Assembly: GCA_001275005.1 (NCBI GenBank)
Contig: JWZX01002813.1
Location: forward strand, 1 to 32,385
Direction of reading: 5' to 3'
Source: Chrysochromulina tobinii
Lineage: Eukaryota
Length of the DNA: 32,385 nucleotides
Of the stretch, positions 29,593 through 32,385 are shown in pieces; the stretch's first letter is position 1, and every line of letters begins with the position of its first letter. The notes under the pieces are model-generated. The model saw only the letters and a list, made by a program, of their open reading frames with translations. It was not told the DNA's origin and did no database searches. The translations under genes were made by a program, and so were the position numbers.

Positions 29593-31155
29593 TCATAGTG
29601 CCTTGCCCTTGACGTGCAGGAGCTCGGTACCGCGTGTGGCTGCCCTGCCCGCTGGCATGCCGCCGCGTCGCAGCATCTGCTGCGGCACCCGCCGACGCCA
29701 GAGCGCTGCGCACACGACCATGGCCCAGCCCACCACAAAGCCACCGCCGATAGCCACGAGCCAGCGGTACTTGGCGGCTGCCTCCAAGACGCTCGGCATG
29801 GCAAGCGCGTGCTCCCAGCGGAGAGCCTCTGCCTCTGGAGGCAGCCCCAGCGGCAGACGGTGCTGCATGACCGTGGTGCCGTTGACGTTGTGGATGCGCA
29901 CGAGCAAGTGCGGTGCTCCCGCGCCCGCGCCCGCGGAGAGCAGCTCCGAGTCGCCGTCCTCACTCGACTCGGCATGACCATCAAAGCGCGCTACTACTGA
30001 TCCGAAGTTGAGCGCGGGAAAGCTCGCGCCGAGGGGCCAACTGTCGGTGCCCCCGGGCGGATGCAGCCGGTGGCTCCCAAAGAGGCGTAGCGCCGCCTGG
30101 CACGCGACCCATCCGAACAGCTTGTCGCCGCACGAGTGCGTCAGCCCTGAAGAGGTGACTTCGAACAGACCAGCACCCTCGGGGAGCATCGGCGCAGAGA
30201 CCGAGGTGGCTGTTGCCGGCACGGCCGACCCGAGTCGAGCCGACGCAGATGAGGCAAACGTGCCCAGGAATTCGGCATAGTGCACGTCGCCCGAGATCAG
30301 CAGAGCGGCGGGCGGTCGTGTCCTGGCGAGCAGGCGAAGCAGCCGGCGGCGGCTGTTTGGGAAGTGGCCCCACGACTCCACAGGCGCGTTCGTCGTGAGC
30401 ACCTGCACCGATGAGACGATCAGGTGCGCCGCAGCGGTCGAATTGGTGAGTTCCTGCTCGAGCCACTCCCACTGCTCCTGGCTGCCCAACAGGTCCTCGG
30501 TGCTGCCGATTCCGAGGAGCGCGCACAGGGCGCGCAGTATGCCTGCGATGTTGCCCGGGCTTGGCAACCACGTGACGGCACCCACGGACGGCAGCGCTGG
30601 CTCGCCGCGCGCAAAACGGGTATCGAGTAGCAGCAGCTTGAGCTGGTGCGGCGGCTCACCAAAAGTGCGCATCCCGTAAAGGCCACCACTCTGTGTGCGC
30701 CGAGGAGAATCTGCTGGAGCGCCGACGACCTCATCGAGGAAGAGTTGGCGTGAGAGCTCACGTAGCTCGAAGGAGCCGCCAGCATCATTCTCGCCGTAGT
30801 CGTGGTCATCGTATACGCCGTCGATGATCGGCACGGCGGCGCGCAGCTTCCGTTCGCCATCCGTTGCTGCGGCCTCCAAATAGCTTGCCTTCAGTGCCGC
30901 AGCTATGTCGCCGGCGAGTCGCGCCTTGGGCTTGAAGTACAGGTAGTCGCCCGTCCAGACCCATGCGTCGGGTCTCTGGCGCGCGATCGCGTTGAAGATT
31001 GGCTGCGGCAACACCTGTTTGCGGCACGAGCCGAAAGCGATGGTCGCCGACGGCATCGCGGCGGCGCTTTTCGCGTCCAGACCGCACTCCTGTGGATTCA
31101 GGATGTCTCGGAGCGGATTACATGTAACGCGCCGTGAATCTCGAAAGCGATGCAT
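29593..31155 (-). CDS. PhoD-family alkaline phosphatase/phosphodiesterase with C-terminal TM helix
   Basis: IAFGSC, WTGDYLY, YDDHDYGEND, LLDTR, SSVQ, ESWGHFP, ISGDVH, EVTSSGLTHS; TM WLVAIGGGFVVGWAMVVCAALWRRR. Start codon uncertain. Confidence 0.92.
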   Translation of the reverse strand: MHRFRDSRRVTCNPLRDILNPQECGLDAKSAAAMPSATIAFGSCRKQVLPQPIFNAIARQRPDAWVWTGDYLYFKPKARLAGDIAAALKASYLEAAATDGERKLRAAVPIIDGVYDDHDYGENDAGGSFELRELSRQLFLDEVVGAPADSPRRTQSGGLYGMRTFGEPPHQLKLLLLDTRFARGEPALPSVGAVTWLPSPGNIAGILRALCALLGIGSTEDLLGSQEQWEWLEQELTNSTAAAHLIVSSVQVLTTNAPVESWGHFPNSRRRLLRLLARTRPPAALLISGDVHYAEFLGTFASSASARLGSAVPATATSVSAPMLPEGAGLFEVTSSGLTHSCGDKLFGWVACQAALRLFGSHRLHPPGGTDSWPLGASFPALNFGSVVARFDGHAESSEDGDSELLSAGAGAGAPHLLVRIHNVNGTTVMQHRLPLGLPPEAEALRWEHALAMPSVLEAAAKYRWLVAIGGGFVVGWAMVVCAALWRRRVPQQMLRRGGMPAGRAATRGTELLHVKGKAL

Positions 31156-31273
31156 GTACCGTGGGCATTATCTTTTTTTTGAGTAAATTCCTAACTCGCC
31201 GCGTCAAGTTTTTCATTGGACCTTGTCCTTGGTCCCGCGTTCCGTCCACAGGTGGGCGATCGGGTCCGCGTGA

Positions 31274-31978
31274 ATGGCGTCGTGGACGACCATGGCGACG
31301 ACCTTCGCGACGGTAAACACGGAGTGGATGGAGGCGCTCGATGTCGGTTCCGGCCGGTTCTACTTTATCAATCTAAACAGCAATGAGACCTCGTGGGAGT
31401 GCCCGCCTGGCTTCCTGATCCGCAAGGACCTCGTGGCAGCGCACGCAAAGCTGATAGGGAGCGGCGCCGGCGCGAACAGCGGGTGCATGACGGCACCGAT
31501 AGACGACGTCGCCTTTCTCGCATGTGTACGAGAGCGATTCCCGCCGCCGGTGACGCCACAATCAGGGGGGGGCGATGATGTCAACGAGCTTAAGAAGCTC
31601 AAGGCGAAGCTCGTGGAGATGGACGCACAAAAGGCGGACCTGCAGGCGGCGCTCACGGCTGCAACCTCGGAGAAGGCATTGCTCGAGCAGACCCTCGAGA
31701 CGCTTAGCGCTGTCCCCAGCATGGGTGCAGCGCCACCCTCTTGCGTGGCGCCGCCCATGCTCAGCGCGGCTGAAGCGATGCTGCCTACATGGAAGCGCGG
31801 GGCCTCGCAGCGCTTCGCGGGCGTCGAGATGCCACCCGCGCCACCGCCATGGGCGATCTGCCAGAGCAAGAGTGGCATACCAACAGTTGTCTCTTCAAGC
31901 GGGCCTCAGCTCGACACCTCACGTGCGGACGCCTTACGAGCCGCCCGACTGGAGCAGCGCAACAGCGTCCCAGAGTGA
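31274..31978 (+). CDS. WW-domain and coiled-coil protein (234 aa)
   Basis: WMEALDVGSGRFYFINLNSNETSWECPP is a canonical WW pattern; coiled coil VNELKKLKAKLVEMDAQKADLQAAL...LEQTLETL. Confidence 0.85.
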   Translation: MASWTTMATTFATVNTEWMEALDVGSGRFYFINLNSNETSWECPPGFLIRKDLVAAHAKLIGSGAGANSGCMTAPIDDVAFLACVRERFPPPVTPQSGGGDDVNELKKLKAKLVEMDAQKADLQAALTAATSEKALLEQTLETLSAVPSMGAAPPSCVAPPMLSAAEAMLPTWKRGASQRFAGVEMPPAPPPWAICQSKSGIPTVVSSSGPQLDTSRADALRAARLEQRNSVPE

Positions 31979-32385
31979 CTGCTAGAGTGATGCATGCTGT
32001 TTGAATCTCCGGGAGGGATGGACGCCCGAGCCGCCGGACGCCAGAGCAGGAGGCGGAACTACCTCCCCTTTAATGTGCGGCTACGGACGAACGTGGACCG
32101 CCCCGCTGGCGGTCGCCACGCGGGCCGGTCGCGTCCACAGTCACGCCACACCTCACGCGCCGGGCGTCCGCCGGACGCGCACATCACGTCCGACGTCGCG
32201 GACCGAACACTGTACACGCCCTGCCCCCGCGCGCCCGCGGCGCCCGCGGCGCCCGTCCGCCCTCTCTAAGTCTAAATCTTTCGACCGCGGAGCGCGGTCG
32301 CGGTAAACCGGGGCCGTATCCAGTTGGGACACTTTTTCTCTCGTCCTATCGTCTCCTCACACTCTCTCCTCACAGCCTCTTTCAA

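Noticed and set aside
31998..32385. Possible LTR starting TGTTTGAA with a pyrimidine-rich tract
   Set aside because: Runs off the window end; no second terminus or TSD can be assessed.

Overview
GC-rich, gene-dense eukaryotic DNA with short GT-AG introns; composition and intron style suggest a haptophyte-like alga (inference). The main result is a complete 4,728-bp DNA transposon (5036-9763) with ~108-bp imperfect terminal inverted repeats (TACGG...CCGTA) and a perfect 9-bp target-site duplication (CTTCGAGGT). It encodes a spliced ~706-aa DDE transposase with DUF6589/Academ-type motifs and a convergent spliced ~530-aa protein with an AT-hook and coiled coil. No helicase is visible, although 9-bp-TSD Academ elements (AcademH) normally carry one. 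The element interrupts a host gene; removing it restores an in-frame ~1,033-aa protein with signal peptide, ankyrin repeats, a TM helix, a PAM2 motif and a UBA domain. Other genes: SSSCA1/ZNRD2-like protein, mitochondrial carrier, Sfi1-like repeat protein, coiled-coil protein, NEK kinase, glycyl-tRNA synthetase with a C-terminal Dpy-30/RIIa-like appendage, PhoD phosphatase, WW protein and hypotheticals. Single-base frameshifts in GlyRS and NEK are probably assembly errors. Family calls are from motif recognition only; no database searches were run.
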